64,000 nucleotides of DNA from a bacterium (GTDB taxonomy: Bacteria; SAR324; XYD2-FULL-50-16; G965216635). Shown here piece after piece: positions 9,283-19,811 of the stretch. Under the pieces are notes generated by a model that was given only the letters and a program-made list of their open reading frames with translations, did not search any database and was not told the origin of the DNA. Numbering within the stretch: position 1 is the first letter of the stretch; each line of letters opens with the position of its first letter. Location: the NCBI GenBank assembly GCA_965216635.1, contig OZ244188.1, positions 192,001 to 256,000 on the forward strand. Reading direction: 5' to 3'. Position numbers and translations under genes: made by a program.

Positions 9283-11886
9283 ATGCGTATTTATAACCTC
9301 AATCAAAATGATCTTTGTAAAGAAAGTAATACCTCGGAAATACTAGGTGACCGAGGTTGCTTCTTAAACCAGTTGGCTAGTCTTGAACTACCTATTAGCC
9401 CAGCTTGCGTTTTTGACGCGGAGGCTTTTAAGTCTTTAGCTGAGAAAGATTTTATTTCAAAAATAACACCGGGCATTAAAGTTATTGAAAAAATAACAAA
9501 CAAGACCTACGCCTCTCCTGATAATTCCTTACTTTTAAAAATAGTTCTTTCTCCCAGTCTGAAATTATCTACACAACATTCCGTCCATAATTTAGGGCTT
9601 AATGATGAGGTTATTGAAGGCTTTGTAACAAAGACCACAGAAGAATTCGCTTATCAAGAGTACAGGTACCTCATTATTAATTTTCTGACGAACTTTACTG
9701 AAAAACAAAAAATATCTGCAGCAGAAATAGAAGAGATAAATAAAATGCCCTCTAAAGAAGGTTGTAAGTCGTTACTTTCTAAATATAGTGCTGATTTTCC
9801 TATGGATGTTTATGAGCAATTGAAACAGGTTTTTTTGAGTCTACGCAAAACATATTATGCCGATAAATTAAATACTGATATACCTTGTGCTTTGGTTGTT
9901 CAAGCTATGATGTTTGGAAACTATATCGGAGACTCTATGAGTGGAGTTATTTCAACTAGAGATACCATTACAGGCGAAAAAATCATTAGAGGGAGCTTTG
10001 TGAAAAATGCTTTTGATATTTCCCCGATTGATGCTCAACCGATTTCTGATATTGACGCGAAATATTTGACTGAGATAGAAAAGGCTTCTGATAAATTAGA
10101 ACAGCAGTTCAAGGAAATTAGGAGGGTTAAGTTCGTTGTTGAAGAGGCTAAGTTTTGGCTTATTGACCAATCTACGGAAACGGAAAAATCTGTCAGTGCT
10201 GGCTTGAAAATTCTTTTAGATCTTCATCATGCGAAAACAATAACTACCGAATATCTTTTAAAGCAAGTGTCCTATGGAGAAATAGCGATTCTTCTGCATC
10301 CAGAAATAAATCAAAATTCAGCAAAGAAGATGAAATTTGTTGATGTAGGAGAGATAGGATCTGCTGGAGCTGCAACTGGTAAAGTTTATTTTTCATCAGC
10401 AAAGCTTATGCAAGCCTATCGTGATGCTAAAGTTAGAGGAGAAGATACCAATGTTATTCTTTGCATGCCAGCAACCTATGCGGGAGATGTGCAGGCTATT
10501 GAGATAGGTAATGGAGTAATCTGTAGCGAAGGAGGTTACGCTTCTCACGCTCCTGTAGTAGCTAGATCTCTCGGTAAAGCTGCGGTTTTGTATAAGGATT
10601 TAGAAATAAAAGAAGATAGTGCTGTGATTGATGGAAATGTAGTGAAAGAAGGTGATTATATTTCTTTTTCTGTTCCTTCTTTTGAGAGTCCTCGCATCTA
10701 TTTTGGAAAAGCGGATTTGATTGTGTCAGATCCCAAAGAAAATGGTTTGTTGGAGTTAATGGAAATAGTTTCTGATGAAATCAACAAAATCAAAAAAGAA
10801 AAGAATTTGGATATTGCAATTTTAGCAAATGCTGACACTCCTAAAGATACTGAAGTTTCTTTAAAATTTGGCGCGGAAGGCATCGGACTTTGTCGCACAG
10901 AGCATATGTTTTTTGCGCAGGATAGAGTGGATTATTTTCGTCTTTTATTGGTGAGCGAGGATTCAGAACTTAGAGCACAGGTATTAGAGAAATTGAAAGA
11001 ATTTCAAAAGGAAGATTTTCGCAAGTTACTGAAAATTTTAAACGGGAAGGTGTTGACAGTGAGGCTGTTGGATGCTCCTTTACACGAATTTATTCCTGTA
11101 AAACAAAACGAAATTGATAATGTTAAGGCTTTATTAAAAGAATATAAAGTTGAAGGAAAGGTTAATATAGATTCTGGGTTTGAACGATTAAAAGAAACAA
11201 ACCCCATGTTGGGACATAGAGGCTGTCGTTTTGGAATTTCTTATCCAGAAATATATCAGATGCAAGAAGCTGCTTTGTTTGAAGCTGCTGTGGAATTGTG
11301 TAGTGATTCAAAAGATAAAACTCCTGTTAAATTAAAAATTATGTTCCCGTTAATTTCATTTCCCGAAGAGTTTAAATTTTTATTAAATGGCAGAGATATT
11401 GAAGGAACTGTAATTCCTGGGCTAAAAGGTATTGCAAAAGAGGTCCTGAATAAGTATTCTTTACAAGAAATGCCTTTTGAATATGAGGTGGGGGTTATGG
11501 TAGAGGTACCTGCAGCGGCTTTGTTGGCCTCTGATTTAGCTAAATACGCCTCTTTTTTTAGTTTTGGGACAAATGATTTGACGCAGACAACGCATGGTAT
11601 ATCTAGGGATGATATTAATTCATTTTATTCTTCGTATACGCAGTATGATGTTATTTCTGAGAATCCTTTTATGTTTTTATCAGAGCCAGTTAAAGATTTG
11701 ATTTTGCATGCTATTTCTTCTGGAAAAATTGTTCGCCCAGATCTGAGCGTCAGTTTGTGTGGGGAGCAGGGTTCTGAACCGAAAGATATTGAATTTTGTC
11801 TCAAGAGTAAGTTTAATAGTATTTCCTGTTCACCTTTTAAAGTACCTTTGGCTAAATTTAGTATAGCTAAATATTTCATTAAATGA
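9283..11886 (+). CDS. Pyruvate phosphate dikinase-like protein with degenerate nucleotide-binding domain
   Basis: Keeps GGYASH422, GLCRTEHMF, TVRLLD, NPMLGHRGCR, GTNDLTQ and LC826GEQ; lacks GGKG, RSGA, EFT and LQTR. Confidence 0.85.
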   Translation: MRIYNLNQNDLCKESNTSEILGDRGCFLNQLASLELPISPACVFDAEAFKSLAEKDFISKITPGIKVIEKITNKTYASPDNSLLLKIVLSPSLKLSTQHSVHNLGLNDEVIEGFVTKTTEEFAYQEYRYLIINFLTNFTEKQKISAAEIEEINKMPSKEGCKSLLSKYSADFPMDVYEQLKQVFLSLRKTYYADKLNTDIPCALVVQAMMFGNYIGDSMSGVISTRDTITGEKIIRGSFVKNAFDISPIDAQPISDIDAKYLTEIEKASDKLEQQFKEIRRVKFVVEEAKFWLIDQSTETEKSVSAGLKILLDLHHAKTITTEYLLKQVSYGEIAILLHPEINQNSAKKMKFVDVGEIGSAGAATGKVYFSSAKLMQAYRDAKVRGEDTNVILCMPATYAGDVQAIEIGNGVICSEGGYASHAPVVARSLGKAAVLYKDLEIKEDSAVIDGNVVKEGDYISFSVPSFESPRIYFGKADLIVSDPKENGLLELMEIVSDEINKIKKEKNLDIAILANADTPKDTEVSLKFGAEGIGLCRTEHMFFAQDRVDYFRLLLVSEDSELRAQVLEKLKEFQKEDFRKLLKILNGKVLTVRLLDAPLHEFIPVKQNEIDNVKALLKEYKVEGKVNIDSGFERLKETNPMLGHRGCRFGISYPEIYQMQEAALFEAAVELCSDSKDKTPVKLKIMFPLISFPEEFKFLLNGRDIEGTVIPGLKGIAKEVLNKYSLQEMPFEYEVGVMVEVPAAALLASDLAKYASFFSFGTNDLTQTTHGISRDDINSFYSSYTQYDVISENPFMFLSEPVKDLILHAISSGKIVRPDLSVSLCGEQGSEPKDIEFCLKSKFNSISCSPFKVPLAKFSIAKYFIK

Positions 11887-11918
11887 ATTTTTAAATTATA
11901 ATAATAACCAAATTAAAG

Positions 11919-11972
11919 AGCGACCTTTGAATTAGGCATAGACTGTGTCTAGTGTCTAATTTAAAAGATCTC
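11919..11972. repeat. Minimal MITE-like element (ends only)
   Basis: gacctttgaattag ... ctaatttaaaagatctc. Confidence 0.5.
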
Positions 11973-11982
11973 AAAGAGTATT

Positions 11983-13818
11983 ATGGCTAGAAATGTAGTT
12001 GTTCGTGGTCCGAACTTTATTCACCCTGAAAAACCTAGCGCGGTTGGTTCTAGAAACAGTTTAAACCGTCACAATCGCGATGAATATAAAGAAGCACAGC
12101 TTATTATTGATGAAGAAGTTGATAAAGTGCTTAACCATATTCAAGCTAAGTTACCACCTGAAGTATTAGAAAAATTAGATGTAATGGGATCTGTGAAATC
12201 TAAGTTACACAACTATTACAATCAGGAATTTCAAAATATGTTAAATCGCTATCTTGTTACTATGGAAGATGAAATGGGAAAGAAAGTGCGTGATTTAGTA
12301 GATAAAGAAGAATATAAAATATTGAATAAATACACCCCCAGAGATATTTGTGATATTCTTGATAAAATTGGGGGAACAGAAAAATTTAATACAGGTGAGA
12401 TAGAAAAATCGGTTGTTAATATGTATGGGCATTTGCACGGACATATTCAAAGAGGAATGAACGAAATTGAAACTGCAACTAATGCTCTTCTAAGGGAAAA
12501 AACCGATGTAGGCGCTTTTATCCGTGGAGAAAATGCTTATGCAGTTGTAAAGTGTTCTTTTCAGGATAGTGTTAGAAAACCCAAAACGGTGCAGGATGTG
12601 AAACTTTCTATCAATGTTATAGATTCAGAGTTGATCAGTCCTATTTACCATTATCAAGTTGCCACTAGTACTTTGATTAAAGAGGTTATTTCTAATCATG
12701 TTCATGAATTAGTTGATAAAGAAATTAAATCTTTAAATATGAGTTTATTAGATGCTGGTAAAGAAGAATTGAATCCCTCAGAGGCGATTTTTGAAAAATT
12801 TCGTCTTTTGGATAATTATTTTTCTAGTGATGATGGCAAAGATGAAGATTCTAAGTGTTACCAATTTCTGGCAAAAAAGTTTTTAGATGCCATAGAAGGC
12901 GTTGGTGCAGAAATAGAACACGATAACTACGATCCGCTTGCTTTGAGAGAATCTATCAAAAAAGTGATAGATAATGAGAATATTAGAAACCGTGGATTTA
13001 ATACAGCAAATAATAAGCTCACCTCTATTTTAGATACAAGTAAGATGGGTTACCAGTTTATAGAGAATTACAAGAATGCTAGGGAGTGTGTTATTCGTGA
13101 ATATGAAGATCAAACAGAATCTCGTCTACCTGATGAAAGGTATGTAATTAGAATGGTCTATTTAGATCACGAGCAAATAGAAGCTGCTAGAAAAGCTTAT
13201 AATTTGCAGTTGAAAGAATTGGAAAGCAATGTTGATGAGATCTATCAGATTTGTTATAAATTGTATTTAAGAGATAGAGAACAAAAAGGCAATCAAGATT
13301 GGGAAACTTTATCTCAGAAGTATCTTAGTAAATCGGCAGCCTCAAAAGGAGACGATGAGGAAGAAAATGAAGATGAGCAACTTTGGAATGAGGTGCTTTT
13401 AGTTACACCTAGGGACACAGAGGTTTTAAAGTATAATCCTACTTTTGAAGTTACTAAAGAAAATATGGATAAGAAATTTAAGCTCATAGATCAGTTAATT
13501 AAAAAAGTCTATGGCTATCATATTACGGAAGTGAGATCTGCATTAGAGAAGAGAATTAGATTTATCTATGATTCTTATAGAGAATTCAAATCTCTTATTA
13601 ATCCTTATCAGCTACAACCAGGACTTCTTTTAGACATTGATATTACCAGTATCAAGAGAAAGAGAACAACTATGCTTGGTATGGCTAATGTGCTTAATGA
13701 GTTTTTGTTTTCTTTGAGCAAAGGCTTTTCTGATTCTGCGTTTGCTTCTTTCTCCAGAAGAAGATCTACTCAAAGAGATGATATTGAAAGAAAATTCGCT
13801 TCTAGTGCGAATGAATAG
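11983..13818 (+). CDS. cfpA: Cytoplasmic filament protein CfpA homolog (paralog 2, closer to Treponema CfpA)
   Basis: HPEKPSAVGSRNSL, KFNTGEIEKS, GENAYAVVKC, QPGLLLDIDITSIKRK, AFASFSRRRST. Confidence 0.9.
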   Translation: MARNVVVRGPNFIHPEKPSAVGSRNSLNRHNRDEYKEAQLIIDEEVDKVLNHIQAKLPPEVLEKLDVMGSVKSKLHNYYNQEFQNMLNRYLVTMEDEMGKKVRDLVDKEEYKILNKYTPRDICDILDKIGGTEKFNTGEIEKSVVNMYGHLHGHIQRGMNEIETATNALLREKTDVGAFIRGENAYAVVKCSFQDSVRKPKTVQDVKLSINVIDSELISPIYHYQVATSTLIKEVISNHVHELVDKEIKSLNMSLLDAGKEELNPSEAIFEKFRLLDNYFSSDDGKDEDSKCYQFLAKKFLDAIEGVGAEIEHDNYDPLALRESIKKVIDNENIRNRGFNTANNKLTSILDTSKMGYQFIENYKNARECVIREYEDQTESRLPDERYVIRMVYLDHEQIEAARKAYNLQLKELESNVDEIYQICYKLYLRDREQKGNQDWETLSQKYLSKSAASKGDDEEENEDEQLWNEVLLVTPRDTEVLKYNPTFEVTKENMDKKFKLIDQLIKKVYGYHITEVRSALEKRIRFIYDSYREFKSLINPYQLQPGLLLDIDITSIKRKRTTMLGMANVLNEFLFSLSKGFSDSAFASFSRRRSTQRDDIERKFASSANE

Positions 13819-13832
13819 AAATAATATGCTGA

Positions 13833-14124
13833 TATAGAGCTTTGAATTAGACATTCTAGTTTGGCAAAGGCTTATTGTTTCAACAAAGTATGGACTGTAA
13901 AAGAGCCACTGGCTCTTTTACAGTCCATTTGTTCGCGTTAAGTTTTGTAGAAACTGTGTTGAATCAGGCTCTCAAGTTCGTCGACTATACTGCTTAATTC
14001 AACAGCCTCGTAGTGTTTCTCTTCTACGATATTTCTGCGAACCAGAAATTTTTTTACACCTGTTCTAACCATTTGGCTAGCCGTCACAGCTAGTTTTGTC
14101 CTATTTGGCAAATTCAAACGCTTA
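13833..14124. mobile_element. MITE-like repeat, long composite variant
   Basis: tatagagctttgaattag end, internal palindrome aaaagagccactggctctttt, ttctaaccatttggctagccgtcaca module. Confidence 0.7.
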
Positions 14125-14145
14125 TCTCATACTTTATTAAAGTTA

Positions 14146-14460
14146 ATGAAAATCAATAAAACAATCGCCAGTCTATTACTACTGTTTTTATTAGCATCCT
14201 CTACAGTTTATGCAGGTGGAAAGGAACTTTATGCTACTAAAGGTTGTATAAGTTGTCATGGTGATGCAGGAAAAAAGGCATTGTTACCGAATTATCCTAC
14301 TTTAGCGGGGCAAAATTCTGCTTATCTTGTGCAGCAAATGAAAGATATTAAATCTGACGCTAGAGCTAATGGGCAGACTGTGGTGATGAAGCCATTTACT
14401 CTGTCTTTGACTGACGCTGAAATAAAACAAATTTCAGATTATCTTTCTAAACAGAAGTAA
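14146..14460 (+). CDS. Monoheme cytochrome c (c553/c4-like)
   Basis: Signal peptide, CISCH, YPTLAGQN, distal Met. Confidence 0.9.
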   Translation: MKINKTIASLLLLFLLASSTVYAGGKELYATKGCISCHGDAGKKALLPNYPTLAGQNSAYLVQQMKDIKSDARANGQTVVMKPFTLSLTDAEIKQISDYLSKQK

Positions 14461-14541
14461 GAGTGAAAATTTCTTTTATTGAAATAGATAAAATGCTCTG
14501 TAAGAGTTTATTTTTGTTATAAATCAACAAATGAGGTTACA

Positions 14542-15081
14542 ATGTCAGCACTAGAGGAATTTGAAAATAAGATATTTGAGAGTTATAAGGAAGTTGTAGG
14601 AGAAAAAGCGAAAAACAAAGATAAAGAAATAGTATCTAATGGCAGTGTAGCCCATGCTCAAGTAGTCATTGAAAATCTTTTTTTACACGCTAAAAAGCAG
14701 ATAAATATTTTCTCTGGGCAGCTAGCAAATGTTTATGAGAGTGATGCTATTTTGGCAAATGTTGGAGAATTTTTAAAAAAAAACAACAGTAAATTAAAAA
14801 TACTTTTGCAAGATACAGAAAAAGGAGGAAAAAAAATAAGGGAGAATGCTTTTATTAAACTTTGCAAAGAATTTCCTAAGGGAAAATGTGAAATCAAGAT
14901 AGCTACAGAATATGATAAAAAAAGAAAAAATCATTTTATTACAGTGGATAGTAGAGCTTATCGTTTTGAACCAAATAAAAAAGAAAAAAAAGCAATAGCC
15001 TGTTTTAATGATAAAGATTTTACTGGAAGAATAGACGAAGTTTTTAAAAAAATATTTAGTCGCGCTGATGCTGAATTATAG
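14542..15081 (+). CDS. Hypothetical protein, possible PLD-like fold; paralog of 52815..53336
   Basis: SNGSVAHA, INIFSG, HFITVDSRAYRFEP, ACFN. Confidence 0.65.
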   Translation: MSALEEFENKIFESYKEVVGEKAKNKDKEIVSNGSVAHAQVVIENLFLHAKKQINIFSGQLANVYESDAILANVGEFLKKNNSKLKILLQDTEKGGKKIRENAFIKLCKEFPKGKCEIKIATEYDKKRKNHFITVDSRAYRFEPNKKEKKAIACFNDKDFTGRIDEVFKKIFSRADAEL

Positions 15082-15125
15082 CTTCTTTATCATCCAGAAT
15101 TGATTTTTTAATTTAAAAATGAAAT

Positions 15126-15160
15126 AAAAAAGCACTCTTTTAAAAGAGTGCTTTTTTTTT
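15126..15160. terminator. Intrinsic terminator, potentially bidirectional
   Basis: aaaaaagcactctt ttaa aagagtgctttttttt. Confidence 0.75.
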
Positions 15161-15181
15161 AAGAATATTTTTTATGGCTTT

Positions 15182-15679
15182 ATGAGTTTTTTAGATTTGG
15201 GGAGTTTAACGGAAGTTACGTTTGCTATTAGTCTTATTTATTATCAATTTATGATAGAACATAACATTGATAGAATTGGTAAAGCTTTGCAAGTAGAATA
15301 TAGAGATAAAGAAAAACAGGTAAGGTTTGAAGAGTTCTATAATGACAGTGGCTTTCAGAAAAAAAATTTTTATGGAACTATTTTTATTAAAAGAGGTGTT
15401 AGTAGATATATTAGTGCCTGTATAGTTTTTTTTTCAATAATATTCCTTTTTTGGATAACAACAACAAAGGTGGAATCTAATAGATTCACTTTTTTATTTT
15501 TTGCTTGGATTTTATTATTTTGTTGTTTTGCAATTATTATTTTGTTTTTTTTAGATATAACATATTCAAAACATATAAAGAAAAAATTTCGCAATTGGGA
15601 TAAATATCACAACAAAAATAACAATGAAAAGATAAAGAAAGAATTGGAAGAAGATACGAAGCTAGAAGAATTTGAGTGA
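15182..15679 (+). CDS. Hypothetical membrane protein (about 3 TM); weak paralog of 53352..53918
   Basis: Hydrophobic segments; EVTFAISLIY vs EISFLLNIAY. Confidence 0.6.
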   Translation: MSFLDLGSLTEVTFAISLIYYQFMIEHNIDRIGKALQVEYRDKEKQVRFEEFYNDSGFQKKNFYGTIFIKRGVSRYISACIVFFSIIFLFWITTTKVESNRFTFLFFAWILLFCCFAIIILFFLDITYSKHIKKKFRNWDKYHNKNNNEKIKKELEEDTKLEEFE

Positions 15680-15732
15680 TGCTTATTTATTATTTTCTTA
15701 GTAAGTTAATTCTACTAGCCCACAATATTTTA

Positions 15733-18093
15733 TTAAGCAGGCTGAATGGTAATTTCTTCTCCTTTAACATCTAGTTTGTAATTGTTGCTTATCTGTTCAT
15801 CGCTACTGGTGATTTTTTTCGCTATAGGCAAAGTAACATATCTATTAAAGATAGATTTTAATGGTCTAGCTCCATATTTTTCATCAAATCCATCGTTGAT
15901 TATTTTTTGTATTAAGGGATTTGTGAGCTCTACCTGAATTTTTTGTTCATTTAGCCGTTGGTTGAGTTTTACCAATTCTTTGTCAATAAGAGATTGCATG
16001 TTTTCTATTTTCAAGGTTTGGTAATATAAAATACTATCTATTCTACCTACAACTTCAGGTTTAAGATAACTTTTATGATCATTGAGATTAGAAGTAATAA
16101 AGATAATTGTGTTTTTAAAATTAGCGATATTTCCTTGGGTATCTACTAGACGTCCCTCATCTAGTATTTGTAAAAGTATATCAGAAAAATTCGGATGTGC
16201 CTTTTCAATTTCATCAAATAAAACAACCGAGTAATTTTTTGTTCTTATAGCTTCCGTCAATAAGCCTCCTTTTTCATACCCAATATAGCCGGGGGGAGAT
16301 CCTATGAGTTTTGCGACGGAATGGATTTCGCTGTATTCGCTTAGATCTATACGGATAACATTTTTTTCAGAATGAAATAGACAGGCTGCTATAGCTTTAG
16401 CGGTCTCTGTTTTGCCTACTCCACTGGGACCTAAAAGCAAGAAACTTCCCAAAGGTTTATTTGGATCCGACAAACCCAAATAAGAAGATAGTAAAATTTC
16501 TGATATTTCCTTGATAGCTTTATCTTGACCGAAAATTCTTTTCTTTAAAGAGTTTTCTAGCCCGACAAGATTTTCATAATTTGTTCTTAAAATATTTTCT
16601 TTGGGTATTCCAGTAATTCTAGCAGTGACTTCTGCTACAATATCCTTATTGAGTTTCCAAGAAACATCCAAAGATTTTATTTTTGCTTGTATTTCAGGAA
16701 TTTTACCGTGTTTGATTTGGGCTGCAAGGGTTAAATTTCCTTCTTGTTCGGCTTTTTGAAATTGAAATTGCAAATCGTCTAGTTTTTTTTTATATTGAGC
16801 AAGTTCTTTGAGAAGGATATTTTTTTTCTGCCATTCTTGTTTTTCTACTATAAAACGAGATTCCATTTCTTGTATTTCCTTTTCTAATACTTTATTGGGC
16901 TGAGATTTAAGTAGTATTTTTTTACTTCTTATCAAGATCTCCATTTCTTGTATTTCAGGAGGCATAGAATCCGCACTTAGCTTCAAACCAGCCGCTGCTT
17001 CATCAATTAAATCAATGGCTTTATCAGGTAGAAATCTCTCGGTTATGTATTTAGTAGAATACTGGACAGCAGCTATTATAGCTTCATCTGTGATTTCTAT
17101 GCCATGGTGAACCTCAAATTTTTCTTTAAGTCCTAAAATAATTTGAATAGATTCTTCTTCAGAAGGTTCTTCTACCAATATTTTATGAAATCTTCTTTCT
17201 AGTGCTGCATCGGTTTCAATATATTTTTTGTATTCGCTAATGGTTGTACTTCCGATACAGTATATTTCTCCCCTAGCTAAAGGAGGTTTTAGTAAATTAG
17301 CTGCATCTATAGCTCCATCTGTTTTTCCAGCTCCTATTAAAAGGTGTAACTCATCTATAAAAAGAATAGCCTTATTGCCCTGTTGCTTTAAAAATTTAAG
17401 CATACTTTTGAGTTTTTCTTCAAATTCTCCTCTATATTTAGTTCCAGCCATTAGACTACCTATGTCTAGAGAATAGATAGTTTTATTGCTGATGATATTG
17501 GGCACAGTCCCGCTTACAATTAAACCAGCTAAACCATCTACTATGGCTGTTTTTCCTACTCCGGGCGATCCGATTAAAACAGGATTATTTTTTCTGCGAC
17601 GACAAAGTATCTCCTGGATTTTTCTAATTTCTTGAGATCTTCCAATAACTGGATCTAATTTACCTTTTTCTGCTAGTTTGTTAAGATTAGTAAGAAAATC
17701 TGGTGCCTGAGTATTTTCTGCTTCTATTTCGGTTTCATCTAATGCAAGTTTGATAGTAGGGAAAAATCTTTTGAAATATTTCAAAAAATCGTATTCATTA
17801 ATTTGCTGTCTTTTAGATTCTACTGCGTGAGAAGAAGCCAGAGTTATCCATTCATGAAGTTTTTTAGAAGGTTTTATATCTTCTAATGAAATTGAATCAG
17901 CACTAGGTTCATTTTCAATAACTCCTTCTAGGATTTTTTTTTCTTGTTGTAGATGTTTAGAGCAAGTACTGGAAGGATTATTAATAAACCCGAGTAATAG
18001 ATGATGTTCTGTAAGTTGTGTGTTTTTGTTTTCCAGAGCATATTTGTGGGATAATTGGAAAGAACCTTCGCTGATTTCATCAAATTTATTCAT
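15733..18093 (-). CDS. clpB: ClpB-like AAA+ chaperone (short form)
   Basis: [27 protein letters not shown], coiled-coil M domain, [14 protein letters not shown]. Confidence 0.85.
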   Translation of the reverse strand: MNKFDEISEGSFQLSHKYALENKNTQLTEHHLLLGFINNPSSTCSKHLQQEKKILEGVIENEPSADSISLEDIKPSKKLHEWITLASSHAVESKRQQINEYDFLKYFKRFFPTIKLALDETEIEAENTQAPDFLTNLNKLAEKGKLDPVIGRSQEIRKIQEILCRRRKNNPVLIGSPGVGKTAIVDGLAGLIVSGTVPNIISNKTIYSLDIGSLMAGTKYRGEFEEKLKSMLKFLKQQGNKAILFIDELHLLIGAGKTDGAIDAANLLKPPLARGEIYCIGSTTISEYKKYIETDAALERRFHKILVEEPSEEESIQIILGLKEKFEVHHGIEITDEAIIAAVQYSTKYITERFLPDKAIDLIDEAAAGLKLSADSMPPEIQEMEILIRSKKILLKSQPNKVLEKEIQEMESRFIVEKQEWQKKNILLKELAQYKKKLDDLQFQFQKAEQEGNLTLAAQIKHGKIPEIQAKIKSLDVSWKLNKDIVAEVTARITGIPKENILRTNYENLVGLENSLKKRIFGQDKAIKEISEILLSSYLGLSDPNKPLGSFLLLGPSGVGKTETAKAIAACLFHSEKNVIRIDLSEYSEIHSVAKLIGSPPGYIGYEKGGLLTEAIRTKNYSVVLFDEIEKAHPNFSDILLQILDEGRLVDTQGNIANFKNTIIFITSNLNDHKSYLKPEVVGRIDSILYYQTLKIENMQSLIDKELVKLNQRLNEQKIQVELTNPLIQKIINDGFDEKYGARPLKSIFNRYVTLPIAKKITSSDEQISNNYKLDVKGEEITIQPA

Positions 18094-18098
18094 AAATT

Positions 18099-19478
18099 TT
18101 ATTTTTGAATACCTCCCTTTGTTAATTTCACAGGATTTAATAATATTTCTAGTTTTTTTCTAGGTATATCACAGTTTTTTTCGGCTACATCTATAATAGG
18201 TTGTTTTGTTTTGTAGGCTTCTTTGGCAATACTCGCAGCTTTAGCATAACCTATAATAGGATTGAGAGCAGTGACTAATATAGGATTTTTTGCAAGCGAT
18301 TGGTTAAGATTGCCTTCTAGGACTTTAAGATCTTTGATTGCTTTATCGGCTAAAGAGGTAGAGCCTTTTGCTAATAATTCTATACTTTGGAGAATATTGT
18401 AGCCGATAACAGGCAACATAACATTGAGTTGGAAGGAGCCACTTTGTCCAGCCACCACGATAGTGGTATCGTTTCCTATTACCTGAGCTGCAACCATTGT
18501 TATAGATTCAGGGATTACAGGGTTCACCTTGCCTGGCATAATGCTACTTCCAGGTTGTAAAGCGGTAAGCTCAATTTCTCCCAACCCAGAAAGGGGACCA
18601 CTATTCATCCAACGCAAATCATTAGCAATTTTCATTAAAGAAACAGCAACAGTTTTTAAAGCACCAGAAAGTTCTACGATCGTATCTTGGCAGCTCAAAG
18701 CCTCAAAAAAAGATTCGCTAGATTTAAAACTTAATTTTAATTCACCACTCAAGCTCTTACAAAATTTTTTAGCAAAATCTGGGTGAGTATTAATTCCACT
18801 ACCGACTGCGGTGCCTCCTTGAGCTAATTGATTCAATCTAGGTAAAACAGTCTGAATTCTTAAAATCCCATTTTTTATTTGTTGTCCCCAAGCTCCTAAT
18901 TCTTGGCTCAAGCGGATAGGCATAGCATCCATCAAATGAGTTCTACCTGTTTTACAAATTTTATTGAGTTGGCTAGATTTTTTATCAATCGTTTTTTTTA
19001 AATGAATTAATGAAGGTAGTAATTCCTTCTGTGTTTTTATACTAGAACTGAGATGAATAGTTGTAGGAATCACATCGTTGCTACTTTGCCCCATATTGAC
19101 ATGGTCGTTAGGATTGACTTTAGTTTTACTTTTTTTTGAAGCTAAACTAGCCAATACTTCATTCATATTCATATTGGTGCTAGTGCCAGATCCTGTTTGA
19201 AAAATATCTACAGGGAACTGTTCTAAGTGTTTGCCGTGTATAATTTCTTGTGCAGCATCACAAATAGAACTTGCAATTTTTTTGTCCAAAAGTTTTAATT
19301 CTGCATTAACTTTAGCAGCGTGCATTTTAATCATAGCTAAAGTGGTAATAAAATCTTTGGAGAAAACAAGTCCACTAATCTGAAAATTATCAATAGCTCT
19401 CTGAGTTTGTGCACCGTAGTGAGATTCAAGCGGTACTTTTATTTCACCGAGGCTATCCTTTTCTATTCTGTATTTCAT
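18099..19478 (-). CDS. fumC: Class II fumarate hydratase
   Basis: GSSIMPGKVNP, QTGSGTSTNMN, GRTHLMDA. Confidence 0.95.
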   Translation of the reverse strand: MKYRIEKDSLGEIKVPLESHYGAQTQRAIDNFQISGLVFSKDFITTLAMIKMHAAKVNAELKLLDKKIASSICDAAQEIIHGKHLEQFPVDIFQTGSGTSTNMNMNEVLASLASKKSKTKVNPNDHVNMGQSSNDVIPTTIHLSSSIKTQKELLPSLIHLKKTIDKKSSQLNKICKTGRTHLMDAMPIRLSQELGAWGQQIKNGILRIQTVLPRLNQLAQGGTAVGSGINTHPDFAKKFCKSLSGELKLSFKSSESFFEALSCQDTIVELSGALKTVAVSLMKIANDLRWMNSGPLSGLGEIELTALQPGSSIMPGKVNPVIPESITMVAAQVIGNDTTIVVAGQSGSFQLNVMLPVIGYNILQSIELLAKGSTSLADKAIKDLKVLEGNLNQSLAKNPILVTALNPIIGYAKAASIAKEAYKTKQPIIDVAEKNCDIPRKKLEILLNPVKLTKGGIQK

Positions 19479-19499
19479 TCTATTTTTTTTTTATTTGTT

Positions 19500-19742
19500 G
19501 AGACTGTTGAATTAGGTATTATAGGAAAGCTAGACAAGGCGCGAAAATTTTTTACCCAAGAGGAATACTGAAGTATTTTGAGTGATAAAAAATTTGAGCA
19601 ACAGCGTAATGCCAAACACTACAAAACTTAGCAAGACCACAAATAGACTGCAAAAGAGCCAGTGGCTCTTTTGCTAAAGCCTGTATAAAGTGAACGCAGT
19701 AAGCCTGTTTTGCTGAACTAGAATGTCTAATTCAATAGTCTC
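19500..19742. mobile_element. MITE-like repeat, composite, reverse orientation
   Basis: gagactgttgaattag ... ctaattcaatagtctc ends; internal aggaatactgaagtatt and aaaagagccagtggctctttt modules. Confidence 0.75.
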
Positions 19743-19811
19743 TTGTTATTTTGAATAACTACTGCTAATATAATATAAAACCATACATCTGTAAATAAAA
19801 ATTATTTATCA

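Noticed and set aside
6315..13818. Assigning the window to a spirochete because of cfpA and Bdr-like genes
   Set aside because: The surrounding respiratory, heme and transport genes do not point to Treponema or Borrelia; taxonomy needs marker-gene analysis and remains open
15733..18093. Short ClpB as a pseudogene or novel protein
   Set aside because: Both AAA+ modules are intact in one ORF; the shortening looks like ordinary trimming
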